Shown here: positions 13,741 to 25,790 of the stretch, piece after piece
Position numbering within the stretch: position 1 is the first letter of the stretch
Layout of the letters: each line of letters begins with the position of its first letter
DNA from: Octopus sinensis
Taxonomy: Eukaryota
NCBI RefSeq assembly: GCF_006345805.1
Contig: NC_043019.1
Coordinates: forward strand, 6,447,360-6,511,359
DNA length: 64,000 nt
Direction: 5' to 3'
Program-made: the position numbers and the translations under genes
The notes under the pieces: model-generated
What the model saw: only the letters and a program-made list of their open reading frames with translations
What the model was told of the DNA's origin: nothing
Database searches by the model: none

Positions 13741-14520
13741 TTATATAAATATATACATTATATCTATAATATATATATATATATATATTTATATATATTA
13801 TGTATGTTTGTATGCTAACTTCATCATACATTCTACAGTCTTTATCTATCTGCAGATGTATCACTCCCTTTTCTTCTCTCTATCTCTTCCACTCACATGT
13901 ACTTTTTCCTGTGACCCATAATCTTTGAAGTTCAAACGTACAGTGTAAACCTTATTGTAATTAATATACAACTATAGCGTCGTTGTGAAAACTCAACATG
14001 GAGGCTGCGTATTCCTTGGGCACATATAAATAGGCATGATCTGTTGCCTTTCTGATCTTACTTAGTTACAATTCCTTACATCAATAATGGACACGGTGGT
14101 AGAAGTGGCATGAATTCCCTTTTGCTTGCAGTTAGCAGTCAATGGAAATTATTATATCAATGGAACAAATGATGACATGAGCTTGGGATCCCTTGTTGTC
14201 TGCTTTCACACATATATAATAATACACAATACACACACGCACATATATAACTATTCCTCTGCTGCCCTCTATTGTAAATGATATGGTAAATATTTGTATG
14301 TGCGTTATACTGTCTTTACATCAAATGAATATAAAGGAGAGGATTATTCTAACATAACACTCTCAGTTTGAAAGGGGTAAGACGTAGATAAATATATATT
14401 GAGATGCAGAAGCAAGCTTCTTAATAAATTATGTAAGCTTTCATGCGAAATATACTGTATTTTAATATATTGAAATTATAGTGAAATTAATTTGATTGAT
14501 TCTTCATAGACAACGATTCT

Positions 14521-14810
14521 AGCTGGCAGAATCGTTAGCACCTCGGGCGACATGCTTAGTAGTATTTCGTCTGCTGCTACGTTCTGAGTTCAAATTCCGC
14601 CGAGGTCGACTTTGCCTTTCATCCTTTTGGGGTCGATTAAATAAGTACCAGTTACACAATGGGGTCGATATAATCGACTTAATCTATTTGTCTGTCCTTG
14701 TTTGTCCCTTCTGTGTTTAGCCCCTTGTTGGTAGTAAAGAAATATGTATTTCATCTGCCGTTACGCTCTGAGTTCAAATTCCGCCGAGGTCGACTTTGCC
14801 TTTCATCCTT
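14521..14810 (+). mobile_element. SINE family A: head plus one full unit plus a partial second unit
   Basis: After AAAGAAATA the body restarts at GTATTTCATCTGCC (~14745) with no new head. Confidence 0.85.
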
Positions 14811-14940
14811 AACGGCGGTGCATCAGCATGGCCGCAGCTCTGAGCTGAAACTAGAAAAAAATAAACATGTTAATTTCCTACCATATTTGTATACACTCAT
14901 GTTCATATACGGAGATATATATCAATTGGATTATATATGT

Positions 14941-15196
14941 CTTTATTGCCCACAAGGGGCTAAACATAGAGGGGACAAACAAGGACAGACAAAGGGATTA
15001 AATCGATTACAACGATCCCAGTGCGAAACTAGTACTTTATTTATCGACCCCGAAAGGATGAAAGGCAAAGTCGACCTCGGTGGAATTTGAACTCAGAACG
15101 TAACGACAGACGAAATACCTATTTCTTTACTACCCCACAAGGGGCTTAACACAGAGAGGACAAACAAGAACAGACAAACGGATTATGTCGATTATA
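14941..15196 (-). mobile_element. SINE family A, 5'-truncated ~1.4-unit multimer
   Basis: The unit junction GAAATACCTATTTCTTTAC is at ~15112-15130. Confidence 0.85.
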
Positions 15197-15205
15197 TTAT
15201 TATTA

Positions 15206-15248
<43 letters not shown>

Positions 15249-15553
15249 CATCATCATCAGTAGCATCATCGTTACTATTATTGTTATTCACTTTTAATCT
15301 GCTTGTTTGATGCAATCACTCGCCGGGTACTCGCAGCGTCCTGGGCAAGTGAAAGTTAGAGATGTTGAAATATAACTGAAGGCTTGGAGAAGGAAAGAAG
15401 TGAGAGCAGTAGAAAAATACCTCGATAATATTGTTGTTGTTCTTATTATTATTACTATTATTATTATCATTATTATTATTATTATTACTGTTATTACTAT
15501 TATTATTATTATTATCATTATTATTATTATTATTATTATTACTATTATTATTA

Positions 15554-15584
<31 letters not shown>

Positions 15585-15601
15585 CATTATTGCTATTATT
15601 A

Positions 15602-15638
<37 letters not shown>

Positions 15639-15733
15639 TACTATTATTATTATTATTATTACTACTACTACTACTACAATTATTATTATTATTACTATTA
15701 TTATTATTATTATCATCATCATCATCATCATCA

Positions 15734-15778
<45 letters not shown>

Positions 15779-15780
15779 GC
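15195..15780. repeat. (TAT)n with (CAT)/(TAC) interruptions
   Basis: Read directly from the sequence. Confidence 0.95.
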
Positions 15781-15869
15781 GCCACACCTGGACGTGTATT
15801 TCGAAGCTCAGTGTGTGCCTTGTTTACCTGTAAAAAGGATTGTTATTGTTTTGTGACTAAGTTAATCTA

Positions 15870-17329
15870 GACTATGTTGGTTCGATTTAACAGTTACGGA
15901 AATTAGGAGGGAACAGGTATGGCAAACAGTTATACGGAAAGGAAGGAAAAGACGGAAGAGCACAAACGATAATCAGAAAAAAAAATAGGCAGGTGCGAGA
16001 AAATGGAGGAGGGAACGAACAGTAACAACAGCATACTGTGCATAAACCCACCTACACACACACAGGTAACAATAATATCATCTCCGCCACTATCACCACA
16101 ACCTCCTCAACCATCACAAACACAACGTAGCCTACATACACAACAGATGGACTGCATTCCACCAAATCATCGTAAACCAGATGTTATAAATCGCACGGCT
16201 ATAAGCACAAAAAATAACGAATTAATAGAACGCATCCAGAAACATGGATATTAATGAATCTAATTATTATGTCACACCAACCACAAATATACCGGCACAC
16301 TTTAAAATATTCAAAGCTACTCAAAGAGACTACGAAATTTTGAAATCCAGATATTCTCAGTTTGTAAGGAACTTTCAAAAGGACGTCAATATGAGACTAT
16401 TAGACTTTACAAGGAGCTGTTGGCGAAAAAAATCCACAACCAACGAGAGGGACTGAGTAGGCGCTCCCACTTCCTTAAAAAGCCTTGGTAAGTAACTCTC
16501 TCCTACTTTCACACATTTTCATCGACCAACATGGTATTACTTAGAGTGGGCTTTATAAATGTACGCGGCTTGGGTTCGTCATGGAAGGAAAGTCGCTGGT
16601 TCAATTACTTCGGGTTGCGAAAATTAGACCTAATATCAGCCAGTGAGACCAGGATTTCGAACGGGCGCCTTAGCGTCCATTTTCGATTACTATGAGATCT
16701 TTGCATTGGTTAGTCGACCGGGAATATGGGGTGGCTATGCTGTTCAGAAAAGGCCTGGATCTCAAAATACGGTCAGTCTTACTGTACCCGACAGATAGGA
16801 TAGTGGTCCTGGAAGTGAATGATAACGAAGGCAGTGCGTTTTGACTGGTCGCTGTGTACGCACCGACTGGAGCGGGACCGCCGGATTTCTCTAGATATTT
16901 GGAGGTCTTTCTTGGAACATCTCGCACCTTAGTGTTAGTGGGGGACTGCAATGGAATCTTGGATGCACGTGTGGATTGGGTGGGGCTAACAAACAGGAAA
17001 GGAGAGGGGATCCGCAAGCCTTTCAAACCTGCTCAGTCGTTTCCTATTAGTTGACAGGTTCAAACTGGATTTTGCGAATGCTCCAGTGTTAAGTGGGAAA
17101 GTAGCGTTGGGTCATCCAGATCTTATCTAGATAGCGTAATCTGTAGGTCAACAGATAAGGATAGCATAAATTGTCTACAATTTGAAGTTGTCAGCTGTAC
17201 GACCAATAGTGGCATAGCGACCGGCGTGCTGGCAACGAGATTGGTTTTGAACCAATTCTTCAACACCGAGCATGAAGGTTGCATTGTCAGATCTAGGGCA
17301 CGTGCTCTAAATAACGAGGGAATGAAGCA
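15870..17329 (+). mobile_element. Decayed L1/Tx1-type LINE (ORF1 end plus ORF2 AP endonuclease), cut by the assembly gap
   Basis: From the ATG at 16531: MVLLRVGFINVRGLGS..LDLISASETR, then LVAVYAPTG..LVLVGDCNGILD. After an apparent deletion comes EHEGCIVRSRAR. The NVRGL, ETR, YAP and GD.N motifs are APE catalytic motifs. The 5' boundary is approximate. Confidence 0.8.
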
Positions 17330-17429
17330 NNNNNNNNNNNNNNNNNNNNNNNNNNNNNNNNNNNNNNNNNNNNNNNNNNNNNNNNNNNNNNNNNNNNNNN
17401 NNNNNNNNNNNNNNNNNNNNNNNNNNNNN
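17330..17429. other. Assembly gap (100 N)
   Basis: Exactly 100 N, a typical placeholder for a join of unknown size. Confidence 1.
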
Positions 17430-18185
17430 TGTGCTTACGAGTGAGGGGTGACGATGAAGGGGGAAGAAGAAGGTGGGTAGGAATGAAGAGAAGAGAGAAG
17501 GAGAGTAGGAGCGAAGAGAAGAATTAGGAATCGGAGCAAGAGAGGTGGTGGGGGAAGTAGGTATGAGGGGAGATGCGAGGGCAGGAGGGTAGATGAAGAG
17601 GGAGGAGAGTTGAGCCCAGGTGGCGCGAAGGAGCGAAGAGAGAAGATTAATCCCTGTTCACGGCGCAAACGGGAGTCCTGATGGCTCCTGTGCATGGGCA
17701 ATCCGAACACAGACAGGTGTTGCAAAGAGTGACCGACAGAGCGGAAATGGCGCGAGACCGGGTGTCATTGCCGAATCGTATGTCTCGGGGGTGTTCCGCG
17801 AAACGGTCAGCCAAGTGGCGTCCCGTTTGCCCGATGTATAGAGAAGGGCAGAGAGAGCAAGAGATGCAGAAGATGATATTGGTAGAAGTGCAGTGAAGGA
17901 GACGGTGATGTGATAGGGTCGATGACGGGTGCCGGTGAGGAGGATGGTGTTGGTGAGTTACGTGCAAGTACGACAGCGTGGGCGGGAGCAGAGGAACGAG
18001 CCGGTTTGGGAGGTTTGGTTAGGGAAGAAGCTGTGGACCAAGAGGTCTCGTAGGTTGTGGGATCGTTTGAAGGAAGGGAGGGGTCGGTTATGGAAGATGT
18101 GCGAAGTGGAGGGATCAGACTGGAGTCGCCTAAAGGCTCGGGGAATGGTACGTTGGAGAGGTAGGGTAGTGGGGTGGTCTTAAAC
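17430..18185 (-). mobile_element. Penelope-like element, GIY-YIG endonuclease end plus pyrimidine-rich 3' region
   Basis: RAFRRLQSDP..KRSHNLRDLLVHS..GSFLCSRPRCRTC, then CTSTNIIFCISCSLCPSLYIGQTGRHLADRFAEH. This is the Cys-rich linker and the GIY-YIG motif. Confidence 0.9.
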
Positions 18186-18559
18186 CCGTTTGCCTTTGGA
18201 CAGTTGATTTCTGTATTTATTAGTGTATTTTGGCGATTTACATAAGAGATTTTACTGCTTTTTCCAGCTGGTAGACATATTTAGTATGCCATTTGATTAC
18301 TTTTATAACATCAAACCTTTAAATATTACCAAAATGAAGTAGATTGGTATGTTTATTTTGAACCCGTGGAAGACACACGAAATGTCGAAATATTGTCCAT
18401 TCGATAACAGTCGCATTCTTCATATTGTTTCTTTACTTTCCGGAGGAGTAACATCAATCCTTAAATATTAATAATAATAATCATGATGGTGATGATGATG
18501 GTGATGATGATGATGCTGATAAATTATTAATAACAGTAACATCGGCGGTTACAGGTTTA

Positions 18560-18591
18560 GTAGCACTATCTATCTATATATTTATCTATAT

Positions 18592-18622
<31 letters not shown>

Positions 18623-19140
18623 TAGATAGATAGATAGATAGATTATAGAGAGAGAAATAGAGATATAGATATATTTGTATGTATGTATGTATGTATGTAT
18701 GTATGTATTTATAAAATCCTTTGTATGTCTGTTCCCAATACATTCGCGAACACTTCAACCAAATCAAATCAAATTTTACATAGTAATACTATGAGACCCA
18801 ATGAGTGTCAGCATGTAATCTTTGGGGATTAACACAACGCAGCATTGGCCCTGGTTATGGAAATGTAAAGATGCTTTAGACAGGGAAAGAGTAAACTTTC
18901 TTCCTGAGTTCTCTTTCCGTAACCTTTAAGTAGCAGTGTGCTCGGCTTGAGCGTATCGTCGGCCAAATTTTCGTTTTTTGGAAGTGTCTAGCGGCACAGC
19001 AGGACTCTTCCGTACAAAATCTAGCAACGTGTCTACGCAAGCTCGAGGTCGTTAACCTTCTTCTGCTGCCTCGTATCTCGCACAACAGACATTACATCCA
19101 CCAATCTACCCCCAAATCCTCGTCACATGTTCTCACTGTC
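18560..19140 (+). mobile_element. Possible Helitron-like 5' segment
   Basis: A TCTAT.. start, an internal (GTAT)n, then TTCAACCAAATC.AATCAAATTTTACA resembling non-autonomous Helitron/DINE-type 5' regions. Downstream degenerate ARLER and Q..ATCL peptides. Resemblance only. Confidence 0.35.
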
Positions 19141-19489
19141 TAGAGCCGTCGCCACGCCCACATTCGTCTTTCAAACATTGAACTACAGATGCTCAAACTG
19201 ATCAGCAACGGAATCGATATTGTAAATATCATGGGTGGAGACGGCGGTAGTGGTGGTGGTGGTGGTTGTGGTGGTGGTGGTGGTGGTGTGGTGGTGGTCG
19301 GAGAGAGGAAACGGTTTGGAAATGTCATGGTTACTGATTACTGCTCCTTTACATGATAGAACCAACGTCTCACTCACACTCGCGCTTGCGCACGCGTGCA
19401 CACTCACACAGATGCACTCACACACAAACAAGAGCATATGTCCACCTTTCTCTCTTTATCTATCTACCAATCTACCAATTTATTTTACA

Positions 19490-19732
19490 AACATTTGACT
19501 TCGGCCATGCTGGAGCACTGTCTTCACGGGTTTTTCAGTTGGACAGATCTACCCCAGGAATTTATTTTTTCAGCTAGGCCTTACTCTAGTGTTCTCTTTC
19601 GCCTCAGACATCCATTCTACAATAGACTCGGGCCGAGACTATAGAAGACACTTGCTCAAAGTGCTACACGGTGGGAGCGAACATGGAGCCTTGAGGTTGG
19701 AAAGCAAGCTTCTTACCACACAGCCACGCCAG

Positions 19733-19735
<3 letters not shown>
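19490..19735 (-). mobile_element. SINE family B, internally deleted old copy
   Basis: Tail piece GGCCATGCTGGAGCAC is joined to head piece GAAGACACTTGCTCAA..CTTACCACACAGCCAC. Confidence 0.7.
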
Positions 19736-19771
<36 letters not shown>

Positions 19772-19857
19772 GCATATATACATATGCACATACGTGCGTG
19801 TATGTGAGTGTGTATGCATCTATGTACATATATATATTATATATATATATATATATC

Positions 19858-19889
<32 letters not shown>

Positions 19890-20279
19890 ATATCGTATAG
19901 ATAATATTCGTATGTTTATGTATATATTATACATACATATATATGTGTGTATGTATACATACACATACTTATGTATAGATACACAGATGAGTAAACACAC
20001 ACGCACATATATTTAAATATACATGAATTATGCATATATATGTATATCTACATGCGTTCAGTGATATTCAATTTATATCCTTTCAAGTCCGCCAGCATAC
20101 AGTATGTACAGGAGCGCTTACATCCCAAACACACGCACACATACATGCCGATTTGTTTATATGCAATTGTGTCTGTTTGTGAATATACGAATATATGTGG
20201 ACCGATGTGTTTTTGTGTTTGTTTCTAAGCAGACAAACGTATCCACATGAGCTTGCCTGTGAGAATGTTGGTGTGTGAT

Positions 20280-20316
<37 letters not shown>

Positions 20317-20699
20317 GTGTGTGTGTGTGTTTGTGTATTTGCGTCTTTGTGCCCGCCCATGTTTGTGAGTATATATGCGTTTATTTGTGTGTGTGGGTGT
20401 GTTTGTGGATGTATGTGTATTCGTGCTTGTGTGTGTGTCTTTGCGCGCACCCATGTATCTATGTGTGTTTGTGCGTTCGTTCGTGCGTGCGTATAATTTC
20501 TAGCAGATAACAACAGCCTTCGATCTACAGCTTCTATCGATGCCTTATAGGAAGTAGTCAATACGATATCCAAACAACATTACGGTGATCAGTGCCCACT
20601 CCTACCATAATCCCCCCCGCCATTAACCATCACCACCCCACACACACACCATCACACTCACCCACGCTTACCCCTCATGACGTCCATTTCCCATGATGT

Positions 20700-21303
20700 A
20701 TCATGTCATTATCCACCATTGATTCTACATTTACCTGGCATCCATTCTTCTCTCTCTTTCTCTCCTCGGCATTTCTGCTTCACTCTCTCCCCCTTTCTCT
20801 CTCTTCTTTTTCCTCTCTCTAATTTTTCCTCTCTGTTTCCCTCTCTTCCTCTCTACCAGTCTCCAATCCACACATCGATATTCTCTCACCCCTGTTACTT
20901 CCTTTCAATTTCTTACTCTCTCTCCCTCTCCCCTCTCTCCCTCTCTCTAGTTCTATCTCCACATACAATCCACACATCGAAGTCCTCCCTCTCTCTCTCT
21001 CGCACCTTATCTTTCTCTTTCTCACTCTCCCACATTCTCCCTCTCTCTCTCTCAACCTCTTTCTCTCTCCTTCTCACTAATCCTCCACCCACCTCTGTCC
21101 TTCTCTCACCCTCTACTTCACGTCTCCCTCATCTCTTCCTTGCTTCTCCCTCTCCCTCACCTCTTCCTCACCTCATCCTCACTTTCACTCAGTCTCTCCC
21201 TCAACCTCGGCCTCTTCCTTTTTTACCCTCCCTCCATCTCTCTCCCTTTCCTATCCACTCTCTCCTTCTTCCCCTCTTTCCATTTCTCTCTTTCCCACCC
21301 CAC

Positions 21304-21345
<42 letters not shown>

Positions 21346-21370
21346 ATCTCCCTTTCTCTCTCTCATCAAC
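20700..21370. repeat. ~670-bp polypyrimidine (CT-rich) tract
   Basis: Almost exclusively C/T on the + strand. Confidence 0.85.
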
Positions 21371-21475
21371 CCCCCACTCTGGTTTCATCACGCCGCCAAA
21401 CTGCACAGGATGCTTGCTTATCTCATAGCATGTATGTGTGTGTGCGTGTGTGTGTGTGTGTGGTGTGTGTGTGTG

Positions 21476-21521
<46 letters not shown>

Positions 21522-23057
21522 CAAGTGCTTCTATGCATGATGTTGTGTGTATATTACGTATATCGGTTTGTTTACGCAGAACATACACGTACAGAATCAC
21601 ACCCATGCACATTACATAATATATATATCTATATATATATATATATAGATACATATATATATAGGCAATATATATATATATGCATATATATATATATATA
21701 TATATATGGTGTGTGTGTGTTGATATATATATATATATATATGACTATGTTTGCGCATATAAGAATTAAGCAATCAATTATATATGTGTATAGGTATATA
21801 GAAATATAACATGTGTGTGTGTGTGTGTGTGTGTACTAGACTGAGAGACAGATAAATAAATAGATACCGAGAGAGATAAAGAGAGCGTGAGAGGGATTGA
21901 TCTTGCTCTAAACCTATAGATAAATACGCTCACAGATATATATACCGACGAACATACAAACCTACTTACATATATATATGCGGGTGTGTGGGTGTATATG
22001 TGTGTGTGTCACCGAACATACACAAATTCACACACGCACATACACACACGTACAAATGTGCATACATACCTACACGCTTGATCAGCTGTATAGATTCACA
22101 CATATATATATATATATATATGTCTATATATAAACATTATGTATATATGCATGTATATATATATATGTATATATATATAGATATGTATGTACATATGTAT
22201 ATATGTGTATACTTATATTCATATATATGTACATACTTATATACATATATAGTCTATAAGTATATATATGTGTGTATGTTAGTGTGTGTGTGTGTGTGTG
22301 TGTATGGGTGAGTGCGAGTGTGTGTCTGTTGCATTTGTATGTGTGTATATATATACAAACACACAATCGTATGTTGACAGCAGAGAGCTCTTATCTCCTT
22401 GAAATTTACCCTCCCCCTCATGGTCCACGTCACAACCGTTAATAGGTTTCTAATGCAAGGTGTCATCTGGAGTGGATACAGCTAAGTGTTAAATCCCTAC
22501 TCCAGCCGTCACTCTCTCCCTCTCTCCCTCACACACACGCTCTCTCTCTCTCTGTCAACCACTCTCTCTTCCCTTTCGCTTCCTCACTCTGTCTGTCTCC
22601 TTCCTCACTCTCACTCTCTCATTTTGTTTGGTTTTACTTTCACTTTCTAGATCTTTTGATCAGGTCATGCACACCAACACATACACGAACACCCAAACAT
22701 ATGTGGACGTGAAAGAGAGAGAGCTAGGGACATTATATGCAGATTTAGTTATTCACACACACACAATCCGATAATACATATATATACGTGTGTGTGTGTG
22801 TGTGAGAGATTGTGTGTTTAAAACTCGACAAAAAAATCAAGCATTAACATTTATGTATATACATATATATCTTCATATACATTCATATATATATATATAT
22901 GATATTAAATATATATATTATAGAATATATATATATATATATATATATATACGTATATATATATATATAATATATATATATATATTATACACGCATATTT
23001 ATATGAAGAATATACACTTATGTGTGTACAACCCACATACACAAACATACACATAGT

Positions 23058-23097
<40 letters not shown>

Positions 23098-23419
23098 CAT
23101 ATAAATGAATCTATGCATATATGCATTCTCAGAAAAACACACTGACTCAGTGACTTGCACACCATAGGAAAACAAAATCCAGCATGCAACACACACACAC
23201 ACACACAAACGTACACACACACACAATCGTACAGACTCGCGCACAAACACACGTTTACTCAAAAATATGCCTCCGTACGCATACGCATACACAGACACAC
23301 ACACACAAACACCAAAGCTGCAAAAATCTTCCTCTTGTGACTGTCTTCCAGTACCAATGACAACTGAGATATTCCAGAGGACCATTATGATGTTGATTAT
23401 GGCGAAGACAGGTAAGACA

Positions 23420-23712
23420 CTGAAGGTGCTGCTGCTGCTACGGCTGGTGATGATGATGGTGGTGGTGGTGGTGGTGGTAGTGGCGGTGGTGGTGGTAGTG
23501 GTGGTGGTGGTGGTGGTGGTGGTGGTGGTGATGGTGGTGGTGGTGGTGGTGGTGTTTGTGGTCGTCGTCGTTGTTGTTGTCATGGTCGTGGGGGTGGGGG
23601 GGATATTGGTGATGATGATGATGGGAATGATGATGATGACGACGACAATGATAATTGTAATGTCGCTGATGATGATGATGATGATGAAGATGATGATGAT
23701 GACGATGATGAC

Positions 23713-23747
<35 letters not shown>

Positions 23748-23805
23748 CGATGATGAAGATGATGATGATGACGATGATGACGATGACGATGATGACGATG
23801 ATGAC

Positions 23806-23837
<32 letters not shown>

Positions 23838-24470
23838 CGATGATGATGATGATGACGATGATGATGATGACGATGATGATGATGACGATGATGACGATGA
23901 TAATGATGATGATGATGATGATGATGAAGATGATGATGATGACGATGATGATGATGACGATGATGACTATGATGACGATGATGATGATGACGATGACGAT
24001 GATGACGATGATGACGATGATGACGATGATGACGATGATGACGATGATGACGATGATGGTGGTGGTGGTGGTGGTGAGAACGATGATTAAAACATTGATG
24101 ACTGGGATGATAGCATTGACGATGATAACGTTGATGATAATAACGTTGATGATGATGACGACAGCCACGCCTATGATAACGTTAACGGTGCCAGGGATGA
24201 TGATGGTGATGGTGATGATGATATTACAGAGTGTGGTGGTAGTGGTAGTGGTGGTGGTGGTGGTTTTGGTGGTGGTGCTGGTGGTGCTGTTGGTGGTGGG
24301 TGCGGCTACAACATCCACAACTACGAAGCTCACAGAAGCTTTCCAGACCTACCAACCACAAACCACCAAACCCCACAACCTCCACCATCACCACGATCAC
24401 CACCACCACCACCACGATCACCACCACCAGCACCACCACCTCCACTGCAGCCACCAACGCCCCACTTCTA
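23420..24470. repeat. Compound (GGT)-(GAT/GAC)-(GGT)-(CAC) trinucleotide tract
   Basis: Read directly from the sequence; it is the source of the 411-aa and 444-aa spurious ORFs. Confidence 0.9.
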
Positions 24471-24966
24471 CATCCTTCCTGCTTCATATTCCTCAGAAAT
24501 GATTATCTCTCTCCTAATAGCTGTGCCCACCAAGGGTAACACTAAGATAAATTAATTATACGTGAATAGGAAAACCCATGTGGCTATTAAGGATAGATTT
24601 TAATATTATTCTAATGATTTTGAATAATTAATTGTACAACTTATATTCGTTATATAAAGTTATGCCTGTTCAAGGGAACATAATTAGTCAGATCTAATGT
24701 TATTCTCTTAATCACTCGCTTCTTTCTGTCAATAGACCATGCCCATGCTGCAGCACCGCTTTGAAGGGTTTTAGTCGAACAAATCGACCCCAGGACATTT
24801 ATTTAAGCCTATTCTATGGGTCCCTTTTGCCGAACCGCTAATTTCTGAAGGACATAAACACAACAACACCGGTTGTCAAGCAGTGATTGGGATGGGGACA
24901 ATCACAGATACAAAGACAACCGCACTTATAGATGTATGCATGTATATATATATATATATATATATA

Positions 24967-25188
24967 GTGACGCATATTTGCCATTTGAATATGGCTAACC
25001 CATAAGGGTGGATGCTACTGTAGTTTGTAGCCCCAGGAGGATATCTCCTCCAGCTGGCTATAGATACACTATCTGTGTCCTCTCAGTATTTGTGAAGGGG
25101 AGTCATCCTCCCCGTCTTCAACTCATGATACACACGTACCCGAGTTTCAAGGTGTTTACCTTTCATCAGCATGTGACAATCACGTGTG

Positions 25189-25190
<2 letters not shown>
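24967..25190 (-). mobile_element. Element X copy 1: ~220-nt hammerhead-carrying retrozyme or Penelope pLTR-like unit
   Basis: Bounded by (TA)n on both sides with a GTGAC direct repeat at both ends (24967 and 25186). Homologous to 44164-44381 and 44505-44617. Confidence 0.7.
25131..25175 (-). ncRNA. Type I minimal hammerhead ribozyme
   Basis: The minus strand reads CACAUG-CUGAUGA-AAGGU(AAAC)ACCUU-GAAA-C(UCGG)G-UA^-CGUGUG. It has an intact core, a 5-bp stem II, a 6-bp stem I (one G-U) and a short stem III. Predicted cleavage follows GUA, between 25137 and 25136. Confidence 0.85.
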
Positions 25191-25230
<40 letters not shown>

Positions 25231-25582
25231 ATATATATACGACGAAGTTCTTCCAGTTTTTGTCTACGGAATCCACTCTGAAGGTTTTGATCGGCTCCAG
25301 GCTATAGCAGAAGATACTTGCCCATAGTGCCACGTTGTGAGATTGAACCCAGAAACATATGCTTGGGGACCAAGCTTCATACCTCACAACCACGACTGCA
25401 TTATGAAGTATAGATTAAAATTCCGAAAAAAATGTAGCTTGGCATTTTGACTGACTTCAGAACCGAAGCCATTGTATGCCACAGTTATCGGATGACTTCA
25501 CTTTCCCTTTCTTTCCATGGTTGTAATCTCTAACAAGAGGGGTGAAAATATAAGACTTTTTTGGTTGAGTCTTAACAATTTA

Positions 25583-25790
25583 TTGTATTTTCCGACATAC
25601 AAATCGAACATTTCAAACCCAAATTTATTCACAAAAGAGGCAGATAGGCTTAAACACCGCGACAAATTTGGACGTCCCCATATACTTTGTGAAATGCAAC
25701 AAGATTTTGGAATGCTTGTGATGAGGTCTGAATGTTTACACTACATCTTTGCACTATATACTCCGTTCACTTGTTCCAGGGACAGACCGC
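25583..25790. mobile_element. Degenerate Tc2/pogo-like MITE
   Basis: The left end is TGTATTTTCCGACATACAAATCGAAC, and the whole element is an inverted homolog of 32177-32384. Confidence 0.55.

Larger units (their letters stand above)
24722..25399 (-). mobile_element. Old SINE family B copy interrupted within its internal (TA)n by element X
   Basis: Tail at 24722-24930 (GCACCGC..GCCGAACCGCTAA..GGTTGTCAAGC) and head at 25239-25399 (GGCTATAGCAGAAGATACTTGCCC) flank (TA)n-X-(TA)n. Confidence 0.75.

Noticed and set aside
22999-24502. 411-aa and 444-aa ORFs
   Set aside because: They are translations of GGT/GAT/CAC microsatellites that lack stops by composition; there is no domain or splice context.
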